64,000 nucleotides of DNA from a virus. The notes under the pieces are model-generated. The model had not been told where the DNA came from. It worked only from the letters and a program-made list of their open reading frames with translations, and ran no database searches. Positions 39,196 through 46,999 of this stretch are shown piece after piece (the first letter of the stretch is position 1; each line of letters begins with the position of its first letter). Location: IMG/VR virus record IMGVR_UViG_3300028416_000485; one strand, 5' to 3'. The position numbers and the translations under genes are program-made.

Positions 39196-40946
39196 GTTGG
39201 AAAAAACATTTTACTCCAGTTCCTACAAGTGATAATACAAACGGAGGGTACAGTCCCTTTAGTTTAAAAGGATCTAACGGAATAGGCCCAGCAGCGGCCA
39301 ACTATTCATCACACTTGCCTGACGTGTATGTTGGCTCTCCTAATCGTATCGAACGTTACAATCAATACAACACTATGGATAGTGACAGCGAAGTTAATGC
39401 TGCACTTGATATCTTGGCTGAGTTTTGTACACAAAAGAATAAACAAAACAACACACACTTTCAACTTGATTTCAAAGGCGCACCGACTAATAGTGAAGTA
39501 CAGGTTATCGGGCAGTACTTACAACAGTGGTGCAAACTAAACAAGTTTGAAACACGTATGTTTAGAACTATTCGTAATGCATTTAAATATGGTGATCAGT
39601 TTTTTATTAGAGATCCAGAAACACAGAAACTATTTCATGTTGATCCTGGCCAGATTACAAAAGTTATTGTCAACGAAAGCGAAGGTAAGAAGCCCGAACA
39701 GTATGTTGTGAAAAACTTAAACTTTGCATTTGGCGCATTACAAGCAACACCGTTGAACACACAGAATAGTTATGGTCCAGGCGGTACTAACGGCTATCAG
39801 CAAGTTCAACGAGGAACAGGTGTAGGAAATAATCACACACCTAGTGGCAATACTAGTAGATTTGCTCAAGAACACGACGAAACATACATTGATGCACAAC
39901 ATGTTTTACATTTGAGTTTAAGTGAAGGGTTGGATCAAAACTATCCTTTTGGTAACAGTTTATTAGAAAGTATATTTAAAGTATACAAACAAAAAGAATT
40001 ACTTGAAGATGCTATTATTATCTATCGAGTACAACGTGCGCCAGAGCGCAGAGTATTCTACGTTGATGTGGGCAACATGCCATCACACCTTGCTATGCAG
40101 TTTGTGGAGCGTGTAAAGACGGAAATACACCAAAGACGTATCCCATCCAAGACAGGTGGTGGCACAAATGTCATAGACAGTTCATATAACCCTCTGTCAA
40201 TCAACGAAGATTACTTCTTCCCACAAACTGCTGAAGGACGTGGTTCAAAAGTTGAAACACTACCCGGCGGTACTAACTTAGGAGAGATTGATGACCTTAG
40301 GTACTTTACTAACAAACTGGTTCGCGGATTGCGTATTCCTAGCAGTTACTTACCCACAGGTGCAGACGATGGGGCAAGTCAATACAACGATGGCCGTGTT
40401 GGCACAGCATACATACAAGAGTTAAGATTTAACAAATACTGCGAACGTTTGCAGGATATGGTAGCTGAAGATTTTAACAGTGAGTTTAAACTGTATTTAC
40501 AAAGCAAAGGTGCAAACATTGATTATGCAATGTTTGATTTAAGACTAACTCCACCACAAAACTTTGCAGCATATAGACAAGCAGAACTTGATAACAACCG
40601 TATTAGTACATTTACAAGCATGGCAGCAGTTCCATATATATCAAATAGATTTGCACTTGAAAGATTCTTAGGATTGAGTACAGAAGAGATAGCAGAGAAC
40701 GAACGTTTATGGCGTGAAGAAAATGACGAAAACCTAACTGATCTTGTTACAGACGATATGGCAGGCGAAATGAGAGGTGCTGGACTAAGCGGTGCTGATC
40801 TTGCAGGCGACTTTGGAGGACTTGAAGACGAGTTAGGTGACGATTTAGGCGGAATAGATGGCGGCACTGATACTGCACCTGAAACAAATACCGGAGACGA
40901 ACTTGGCGGTGGTGGTGCAGAACCAAATCCGGCACAAACGATATAA
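39192..40946 (+). CDS. gp20: Portal protein, T4 gp20-like
   Basis: LLEDAIIIYRVQRAPERRVFYVDVGNMP, EDYFFP...GRGSKVETLPGG.NLGEIDD..YF..KL.RGLRIP.S. Confidence 0.95.
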   Translation: MSWKKHFTPVPTSDNTNGGYSPFSLKGSNGIGPAAANYSSHLPDVYVGSPNRIERYNQYNTMDSDSEVNAALDILAEFCTQKNKQNNTHFQLDFKGAPTNSEVQVIGQYLQQWCKLNKFETRMFRTIRNAFKYGDQFFIRDPETQKLFHVDPGQITKVIVNESEGKKPEQYVVKNLNFAFGALQATPLNTQNSYGPGGTNGYQQVQRGTGVGNNHTPSGNTSRFAQEHDETYIDAQHVLHLSLSEGLDQNYPFGNSLLESIFKVYKQKELLEDAIIIYRVQRAPERRVFYVDVGNMPSHLAMQFVERVKTEIHQRRIPSKTGGGTNVIDSSYNPLSINEDYFFPQTAEGRGSKVETLPGGTNLGEIDDLRYFTNKLVRGLRIPSSYLPTGADDGASQYNDGRVGTAYIQELRFNKYCERLQDMVAEDFNSEFKLYLQSKGANIDYAMFDLRLTPPQNFAAYRQAELDNNRISTFTSMAAVPYISNRFALERFLGLSTEEIAENERLWREENDENLTDLVTDDMAGEMRGAGLSGADLAGDFGGLEDELGDDLGGIDGGTDTAPETNTGDELGGGGAEPNPAQTI

Positions 40947-40949
40947 ATA
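40942..40949 (+). promoter_or_regulatory. Late promoter TATAAATA overlapping the portal stop codon
   Basis: Exact consensus; ATG follows after 4 nt. Confidence 0.7.
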
Positions 40950-40953
40950 CATT

Positions 40954-41202
40954 ATGATACTTAGAGAACTATATTACTTTGATAGAGAAACAATGGAGCC
41001 TACTGAGGACGACACCTACAATGCTGAGGACGATACCAGTATTGTTAAAGTTGACGACAATAGAAAAAGTAGACTATCTCTAAAAGATATCAATCGTGCC
41101 CGTAAAGCATCTGATACTCATACAGAACAAAAAGCCAAGGATCTTAATTATGTTAGACAAATGTACGGTCTAGCAGCACAAGCAGCCGCTGGCGGGATCT
41201 AA
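40954..41202 (+). CDS. Small head-module protein (82 aa; start corrected from the ORF track's 40858)
   Basis: MILRELYYFD...RKSRLSLKDINRARK...VRQMYG begins just after the portal stop and late promoter. Confidence 0.65.
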   Translation: MILRELYYFDRETMEPTEDDTYNAEDDTSIVKVDDNRKSRLSLKDINRARKASDTHTEQKAKDLNYVRQMYGLAAQAAAGGI

Positions 41203-41795
41203 TGTCAAATAAAATAGCTTTTGTACTTGGAAACGGTACTAGCCGTTCTGCAATCAACTTACATAACTTAAAAAACAAAGGTACAACATACGGCTGTAAC
41301 GGCTTGTATAGAGAGTTTGTGCCAGATCATTTAGTATGTGTTGATACTAAAATGATTATCGAAATTAGCGAAACTGATTATCACTTAAAATACAATGTTC
41401 ATTCAAATAGAAACAAACTAACTGAAAGAACACCTAATATTAATATTATGCATCCAAATAAAGGATGGAGTAGCGGTCCAACTGCCTTATTATTAGCAAG
41501 TCAAAACGATCATAACGAAATATACATATTAGGTTTTGATTATGTAGGTTTAGGAAAAGATAATCAACTAGTTAATAATATATATGCAGGTAGTAGAAAC
41601 TATAAAAACGTTAATGATAGAGCAACGTACTATGGAAACTGGCAAAGACAAACAATGATGTGTATAAACCAGCATCCAAAAACTAAATATTACCGAGTAC
41701 TAAGCTCAATAGAAGATTATATTCCAGATCATTTAAGGGATTTAAGTAATCTATCGCATATAACATATGAGGAATTTAGTAAAGTTTTTCAATAA
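41202..41795 (+). CDS. Maf/DUF115/sialyltransferase-fold (glycosyltransferase-like) protein
   Basis: AFVLGNGTSR, YGCN, PDHLVCVD, WSSGPTA, IYILGFD motif series. Confidence 0.55.
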   Translation: MSNKIAFVLGNGTSRSAINLHNLKNKGTTYGCNGLYREFVPDHLVCVDTKMIIEISETDYHLKYNVHSNRNKLTERTPNINIMHPNKGWSSGPTALLLASQNDHNEIYILGFDYVGLGKDNQLVNNIYAGSRNYKNVNDRATYYGNWQRQTMMCINQHPKTKYYRVLSSIEDYIPDHLRDLSNLSHITYEEFSKVFQ

Positions 41796-41802
41796 AAAAT
41801 AT

Positions 41803-41828
41803 AAAACGGGTCGTTTTGACCCCATTTT
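41803..41828. terminator. Hairpin/terminator candidate
   Basis: AAAAC-GGGTC-gtttt-GACCC-C-ATTTT just after the stop at 41795. Confidence 0.45.
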
Positions 41829-41849
41829 ACACGCATATTTACAAAAGAG

Positions 41850-41857
41850 TGTAAATA
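41850..41857 (+). promoter_or_regulatory. Late promoter candidate (TGTAAATA), part of a 9-bp inverted repeat
   Basis: ATATTTACA-aaagag-TGTAAATAT upstream of the acidic scaffold gene. Confidence 0.5.
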
Positions 41858-41890
41858 TAATAGACAGCCTTGACAATAAAGGAGAATGAC

Positions 41891-42913
41891 ATGACTGATC
41901 GCAACAAGTTTGAAGAAATGCTTGAGCGTCTTGTAAATGAAGACAAAGAAGGTGCAGAAGCATTATTCCACGAAATCGTGGTAGAAAAATCAAGAGATAT
42001 TTATGAAGGTCTACTTGAAGACGAAGAAGTAGAAGAAACAACTGATGAAGAAGTTGAAGAAGCTACTGACGAAGAAGTAGATGAATCAGATGAAGACCTA
42101 GACGAGTCAAATGACGAAGATCTAGATGAATCAGATGAAGACCTAGACGAAGCAACTGATGAAGTTGAAGAAGGTATGTTTGACGAAGGTGGTGATCCAG
42201 CTGACGAACTAGGAATGGACATCGAAATGCCAGGCGCAGACGATGGTGAAATGGACATGGACATGGACATGGGTGGCGACGAAGCTGGCGATGACATGGG
42301 CATGGGCGACGAAGGCGGAGACGTTGAAGATCGTATCGAAGATCTAGAAGATGAACTAGAAGCTCTTAAAGCAGAGTTTGCAGATATGATGGGCGACGAA
42401 GCTGGCGATGATGGAGATGACATGGACATGGGCGGCGATGACGCAATGGCTATTGACATGGACACAGACGATGCTGAAGAAGAGCCAGAAGAAGCAATGG
42501 CATTTGAAGCAGACGAAGAAGTAGAAGAAGCTACTGACGAAGAAGTAGAAGAATCAAAACTTCCAAAGTCAAATTCAGAACTAATGCGTGAGTATGCAGA
42601 CAAAGTAGCACCAGCAAAAATGGGCGACAACGGCGCAAACGCAACATCACCAACAGCAAAACCAAACAACATGGGTGGCACAAGTGCTAACATAGTTGCA
42701 GGTGGCGACGGCGGAACAGGCGGAACACAAGGTGGTCTAGCTGCTCCAAGTGCAAAAGATATGAATACCAAGAACGTAAATGTTCCTGGTGCTAAAGGGG
42801 CGACAAAAATGTCAAACCAACCCGGCCATGGTGCCGAGAAGAAAGGTGCTGCACCTAACCAAGACGCAGGCGCAGGTTCACCTTTAAATGGCGCTCCAAA
42901 AAGAGCGAAGTAA
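41891..42913 (+). CDS. Highly acidic prohead core/scaffold-like protein (start corrected to the ATG after AAGGAG)
   Basis: Extremely Asp/Glu-rich with tandem EEVEEATD/EDLDESD repeats; immediately upstream of the prohead protease. Confidence 0.65.
   Translation: MTDRNKFEEMLERLVNEDKEGAEALFHEIVVEKSRDIYEGLLEDEEVEETTDEEVEEATDEEVDESDEDLDESNDEDLDESDEDLDEATDEVEEGMFDEGGDPADELGMDIEMPGADDGEMDMDMDMGGDEAGDDMGMGDEGGDVEDRIEDLEDELEALKAEFADMMGDEAGDDGDDMDMGGDDAMAIDMDTDDAEEEPEEAMAFEADEEVEEATDEEVEESKLPKSNSELMREYADKVAPAKMGDNGANATSPTAKPNNMGGTSANIVAGGDGGTGGTQGGLAAPSAKDMNTKNVNVPGAKGATKMSNQPGHGAEKKGAAPNQDAGAGSPLNGAPKRAK
42020..42172 (+). repeat. Imperfect 21-24-nt tandem repeats encoding EEVEEATD/EDLDESD; recurs at ~42510-42556
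   Basis: Repeated gaagaagtagaagaagctactgac and gatgaatcagatgaagacctagacga units. Confidence 0.75.
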
Positions 42914-42920
42914 GGACTGA

Positions 42921-43547
42921 TTGATGAATTTACTAAGTGAAAGTTTGAGTTTTGACCAAGCTAAAGTGATTGTTGAGTCTGCTAATGAAGGCAAGGATCT
43001 TTATATGAAAGGTATTTGTATTCAAGGCGGAGTACGCAACGCAAATCAACGTGTATATCCCGTTAACGAAATTGGCAGGGCTGTCACCACGCTCAACGAG
43101 CAGATTAGCAATGGTTATTCAGTACTAGGCGAAGTAGATCATCCAGAAGGACTTAATATAAACATTGACCGTGTAAGCCATATGATCACAGAAATGTGGA
43201 TGGATGGCCCAAACGGTTACGGTAAACTTAAAATACTACCAACTCCGATGGGACAACTAGTTAAAACAATGCTTGAAGCAGGTGTTAAACTAGGTGTTTC
43301 ATCGCGAGGTAGTGGTAATGTCAGCGAAAGTGGCAATGGAGAAGTTTCCGATTTTGAGATTATAACAGTAGATGTAGTTGCCCAGCCAAGTGCTCCGGGC
43401 GCCTACCCAACACCTATTTACGAACACCTTATGAACAGCAATGGTGGATATAAGGCGTTCCTAACATCAAGGGAAGTACAAGGCGATAAAAAGGCACAAA
43501 AATATTTAAAAGAGAGCTTGTTAGATGTAATAAGCAAACTCCGCTAA
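42921..43547 (+). CDS. gp21: Prohead protease, T4 gp21-like
   Basis: GICIQGGVRNANQRVY, LGEVDHP, VSH, ILPTPMG, LGVSSRGSG, DVVAQPSAP.AY. Confidence 0.93.
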   Translation: MMNLLSESLSFDQAKVIVESANEGKDLYMKGICIQGGVRNANQRVYPVNEIGRAVTTLNEQISNGYSVLGEVDHPEGLNINIDRVSHMITEMWMDGPNGYGKLKILPTPMGQLVKTMLEAGVKLGVSSRGSGNVSESGNGEVSDFEIITVDVVAQPSAPGAYPTPIYEHLMNSNGGYKAFLTSREVQGDKKAQKYLKESLLDVISKLR

Positions 43548-43564
43548 CTAGGAGAGGAGATCAT

Positions 43565-44656
43565 ATGTTAGACTCACTTAAATCACTCTTCGAAAACTCA
43601 GCACTATCGGAAGAAGTGCGTTCAGAACTAGAGGAAGCATGGAACGCTAAAGTTGAAGAAAATAAACTTCAAGCTACCGCAGAACTACGTGAAGAATTTG
43701 CTAAGAAATATGCACATGATAAAACAACAATGGTGGAAGCCATTGATGCTATGATGACAGAAAAACTTAGTGAAGAAATTGCAGAATTCCAAGATGACCG
43801 CAAACAACTAGCAGAAGCAAAAGCTAAGTTTGCAGTAGCACAGCGTAAAAATGCTAATCTAATGAAATCATTTGTTAGTGAACAACTAGCAAAAGAAATC
43901 AAGGAACTACACGCAGATCAAAAAGTAACAAAGGACAAGTTTGTTGCTCTAGAAGAGTTTGTAGTTGAATCACTTGCAAAAGAACTTGCAGAGTTTTATG
44001 AAGACAAAAAAGATCTTGCCGAAACAAAAGTACGTTTAGTACGTGAAGGCAAAGCACACGTTAATAAAGTCAAAACTGAATTTATTAAGAAAAGTGCAGC
44101 GTTAGTATCAGAAACAGTGTCAAAAGGACTTAAGAAAGAAATTTCAGCACTGAAAGAAGATATTGATCAAGCACGTGAAAATGATTTTGGCCGTAAGCTA
44201 TTCGAAGCATTTGCTAACGAATATCAACACAGTTATTTGAACGAAAGTTCAGAAACATCAAAACTGCTTAAAGTTGTAGATACAAAAGACAAACAAATTG
44301 TAGAAGCACGTCAAGCAGCGGCTAAAGCGATCAAACTTGCGGAAGCAAAGTCAATCGAAGTTAAATCGATTAACGAAACAAACACCCGCAAAGACACTAT
44401 TAATGCATTGGTTTCGCCATTAAGCAAAGACCAACGTGACATTATGACAGACTTACTGGAATCAGTTCAAACATCTCGTTTAAGAGCATCGTTTGACAAA
44501 TACCTGCCGGCGGTAATAGACGGTAATACTCCAGCGAAGAAGAAGGCAGTACTATCAGAGGCAAAAGAAGTAACAGGCAACCGAACACAAACAAATGACA
44601 TCAAAGCAGACGCAGACAACAATGTTGTTGATCTAAAGCGTTTAGCTGGATTATAA
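43565..44656 (+). CDS. Prohead core scaffold protein, gp22-like
   Basis: Coiled-coil Glu/Lys-rich protein between protease and major capsid genes. Confidence 0.75.
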   Translation: MLDSLKSLFENSALSEEVRSELEEAWNAKVEENKLQATAELREEFAKKYAHDKTTMVEAIDAMMTEKLSEEIAEFQDDRKQLAEAKAKFAVAQRKNANLMKSFVSEQLAKEIKELHADQKVTKDKFVALEEFVVESLAKELAEFYEDKKDLAETKVRLVREGKAHVNKVKTEFIKKSAALVSETVSKGLKKEISALKEDIDQARENDFGRKLFEAFANEYQHSYLNESSETSKLLKVVDTKDKQIVEARQAAAKAIKLAEAKSIEVKSINETNTRKDTINALVSPLSKDQRDIMTDLLESVQTSRLRASFDKYLPAVIDGNTPAKKKAVLSEAKEVTGNRTQTNDIKADADNNVVDLKRLAGL

Positions 44657-44669
44657 TAAGGAGATACCA

Positions 44670-45842
44670 ATGTCAGAACTACTCGAAAGTCGTTGGAATG
44701 ATACCAAGTCAGCACTTCTTGAAGGCCTTCAAGGCAATAAGAAAGCAGTAATGGCTTCAACCCTAGAAAATACCCGTAGGTATTTGGCTGAAACTGCAAC
44801 TGCGGGTGCTACATCTGCCGGTAACATCGCAACACTAAACCGTGTGATCCTTCCAGTGATCAGACGTGTTATGCCAACAGTCATCGCAAATGAGATTGTA
44901 GGCGTACAACCAATGACTGGCCCAGTTGGCCAGATTCACACGCTACGTGTTCGCTATAGCGACACAGCAGGCACAGGCGCAAGCGGTGCAGTAGCTGGTG
45001 AAGAAGCACTAAGTCCATTTAAGATTGCTGAAGCATATAGTGGTAACGCTACTAGTGCAAAAGCAGACGCTACAGCAGCACTTGAAGGCGCAGCGGGTAA
45101 CCGTTTGTCAATTCAGATCTTAAAGCAAACTGTTGAAGCTAAAACACGTAAGCTATCAGCACGTTGGACATTCGAAGCCGCACAAGACGCACAGTCGCAG
45201 CACGGCATCGACGTTGAAGCAGAAATCATGGCAGCACTTGCTCAAGAGATTACTGCTGAGATCGACCAAGAGGTCCTAGCATCTCTTAACACACTAGCTG
45301 GTACAGGTACAGATACATTTGACCAAGCAGCAGTTAGTGGTACAGCAACTTTTGTTGGTGACGAACATGCTGCACTTGCAGTACTAGTTAACCGTGCAGC
45401 TAACCGCATCGCACAGCGTACACGCCGTGGCGCAGGTAACTGGGCAGTTGTATCACCAGCAATCCTAACAGTTCTACAAAGTGCTACAACTTCAGCATTT
45501 GCACGTACAACTGAAGGTACTTTTGAAGCACCAACTAACACTAAAATGGTTGGCACATTGAACAACGCAATGAAGATCTACGTAAACACATATGCAGCAG
45601 ATGATGATGTATTAGTTGGTTACAAAGGTACAAGTGAATCAGATGCAGCAGCATTCTATTGCCCATACATCCCACTTATGTCTTCAGGTGTTGTCCTAGA
45701 TCCAAGTACATTCGAACCAACAGTTTCGTTCATGACACGTTATGGATATGTTGAGCTATCGAACACTGCTTCGTCTCTAGGTAACGCAGCTGACTACTTA
45801 GAAAAAGTAGAAGTATCAGCAAGCAACCTAAGCTTCACATAA
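44670..45842 (+). CDS. gp23: Major capsid protein, T4 gp23-like
   Basis: RRVMP..IA.EIVGVQPMTGPVGQI, VEAKTRKLSARWTFEAAQD...HG.D.EAE, EI.AEID, FYCPYIPL, FMTRYG. Confidence 0.95.
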   Translation: MSELLESRWNDTKSALLEGLQGNKKAVMASTLENTRRYLAETATAGATSAGNIATLNRVILPVIRRVMPTVIANEIVGVQPMTGPVGQIHTLRVRYSDTAGTGASGAVAGEEALSPFKIAEAYSGNATSAKADATAALEGAAGNRLSIQILKQTVEAKTRKLSARWTFEAAQDAQSQHGIDVEAEIMAALAQEITAEIDQEVLASLNTLAGTGTDTFDQAAVSGTATFVGDEHAALAVLVNRAANRIAQRTRRGAGNWAVVSPAILTVLQSATTSAFARTTEGTFEAPTNTKMVGTLNNAMKIYVNTYAADDDVLVGYKGTSESDAAAFYCPYIPLMSSGVVLDPSTFEPTVSFMTRYGYVELSNTASSLGNAADYLEKVEVSASNLSFT

Positions 45843-45862
45843 GTTTAGACTTAACAAAAAAC

Positions 45863-45890
45863 AAAAATAGACCCTACGGGGTCTATTTTT
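45863..45890 (+). terminator. Intrinsic terminator after the major capsid gene (bidirectional geometry)
   Basis: AAAAATAGACCC-TACG-GGGTCTATTTTT. Confidence 0.85.
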
Positions 45891-45921
45891 ATGATAACTA
45901 TTTGCATGGAGTAATAAAAAT

Positions 45922-46128
45922 ATGCCAATAGGACAAATAATAAAATACAATAAAAAAAGAAAATATAGTGTAATACGTCCAGATAAGTGGGGACGAGAAC
46001 TTTATGATGTTCTTTTTGAAACTAAAGACTTTAAAGCATTGCTAGGTGACGTAGTTGAATACGAAGAAGTATTATCTAACGGAAAAAAATATGCATTAAA
46101 TCTTAGAAAAATAGAAAAAATCGGTTGA
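45922..46128 (+). CDS. Degenerate cold-shock-domain (OB-fold) protein
   Basis: GQIIKYNKKRKYSVIRPD...DVLF....GDVVEYE.....KYALNL parallels CspA G.VKWFN..KGFGFI.PD...DVFVH...G..VEF......A.NV. GGAG SD. Confidence 0.55.
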   Translation: MPIGQIIKYNKKRKYSVIRPDKWGRELYDVLFETKDFKALLGDVVEYEEVLSNGKKYALNLRKIEKIG

Positions 46129-46152
46129 CTTCTCTTACAGATATGTTATATT
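46125..46152 (+). promoter_or_regulatory. Sigma70 promoter TTGACT-16-TATATT with extended -10 TG
   Basis: TTGACT 46125-46130; TG 46144-46145; TATATT 46147-46152. No protein gene of 60 aa or more follows before the terminator. Confidence 0.65.
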
Positions 46153-46157
46153 AAGTA

Positions 46158-46406
46158 CATAAGCTAGACGACGGTTTAGATTAGATAGTGCAAGGAATGG
46201 CAATCCGTAGAGGTTGTAACTTGATTCATAGCTGTGGTGGCAATGCAAGAGCGTAGAGATACGAAGTTGTATTTTTAGACGTAACTGTTTAATATGAAGT
46301 TCCCTGATTTGAGCGTGGCTCTACTAAGGGGTTGTTGGTATTCACAGAGTCCAACCTATCACTTTATTATTAAAGGTCTACCCACTAATGCGGTAGGCCT
46401 TTTTTT
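46158..46406 (+). ncRNA. Stand-alone sRNA, rod-shaped, 6S-like candidate
   Basis: Bounded by a promoter and an intrinsic terminator. Nested pairings 46184-46188/46356-46360, 46199-46206/46329-46336, 46207-46212/46319-46324, 46225-46230/46293-46298, 46255-46262/46269-46276. Confidence 0.6.
46372..46406 (+). terminator. Intrinsic terminator
   Basis: AAAGGTCTACC-loop-GGTAGGCCTTTTTTT. Confidence 0.85.
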
Positions 46407-46434
46407 GTGAACATTTACCCATTTTTTTCTTTTA

Positions 46435-46520
46435 GATAAATACATATGTCAGATAGTGTGCCGCAAGGCGGACTTATGCTGTACCCGCAGCGTAGCTCAT
46501 AGAACGGGCATAGGACTACT
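46435..46520 (+). promoter_or_regulatory. Late promoter (GATAAATA) followed by a structured 5' leader
   Basis: GCC-GCAA-GGC tetraloop hairpin, TATGCTGT/GCAGCGTA stem and alternative pairings upstream of the ATAGGAG SD. Confidence 0.55.
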
Positions 46521-46538
46521 TTTTATAGGAGAAAACAA

Positions 46539-46988
46539 ATGGGAAGACCACTAAACAAAAGATTATTTGGAACACCAACAGCAGCTGGTTCTGAAATCAA
46601 AGTAAACTTTCATAATGGCACAGCCGTTAAAGAAGGTTATATCGTAAAGCAAGTAGGATCAAAAAAGTTTGTATGTGAAGAAATCGGTACAGGCGGAGAA
46701 TTTACTTGTACGCTAACAACTGGTAAATTGCCAGCAGCACTTGTAGCAGGTGAAATGTCAATTTCATTCAAAATGGACGATGCAGAAACATACACAGTAA
46801 GTAAAATTGCTGGACGTAAAGTAACATTAGTTGCTCCAAGTGCTACAGGCTCAAACGCATATGACGGCAAAAGTGTAGCTTGGAACTTTAGTACATCTGT
46901 AGCAGATGGCGCAGCACAAGTTGAAGAAGCTGGTGACGACAACACATTAGTTGGTGTTGATGACGACGACTTCACAGAAGACGCATAA
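46539..46988 (+). CDS. Putative virion (head/neck) structural protein
   Basis: 149 aa, strong SD, late promoter, first gene of the fibre operon. Confidence 0.6.
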   Translation: MGRPLNKRLFGTPTAAGSEIKVNFHNGTAVKEGYIVKQVGSKKFVCEEIGTGGEFTCTLTTGKLPAALVAGEMSISFKMDDAETYTVSKIAGRKVTLVAPSATGSNAYDGKSVAWNFSTSVADGAAQVEEAGDDNTLVGVDDDDFTEDA

Positions 46989-46999
46989 GGACTAGCTAA

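Noticed and set aside
40858-40953. ORF-track N-terminal extension of the gene ending at 41202
   Set aside because: Overlaps the portal gene; ATG 40954 after the late promoter is the better start.
41870-41890. TTG start of the acidic scaffold
   Set aside because: AAGGAG SD lies inside this segment and points to ATG 41891.
42020-42560. Repeats resembling a CRISPR or VNTR array
   Set aside because: In-frame coding repeats without unique spacers; no cas genes.
46197-46256. 19-codon ORF MAIRRGCNLIHSCGGNARA inside the sRNA
   Set aside because: AAGGA runs directly into the ATG with no spacer; the region is better explained by base pairing.
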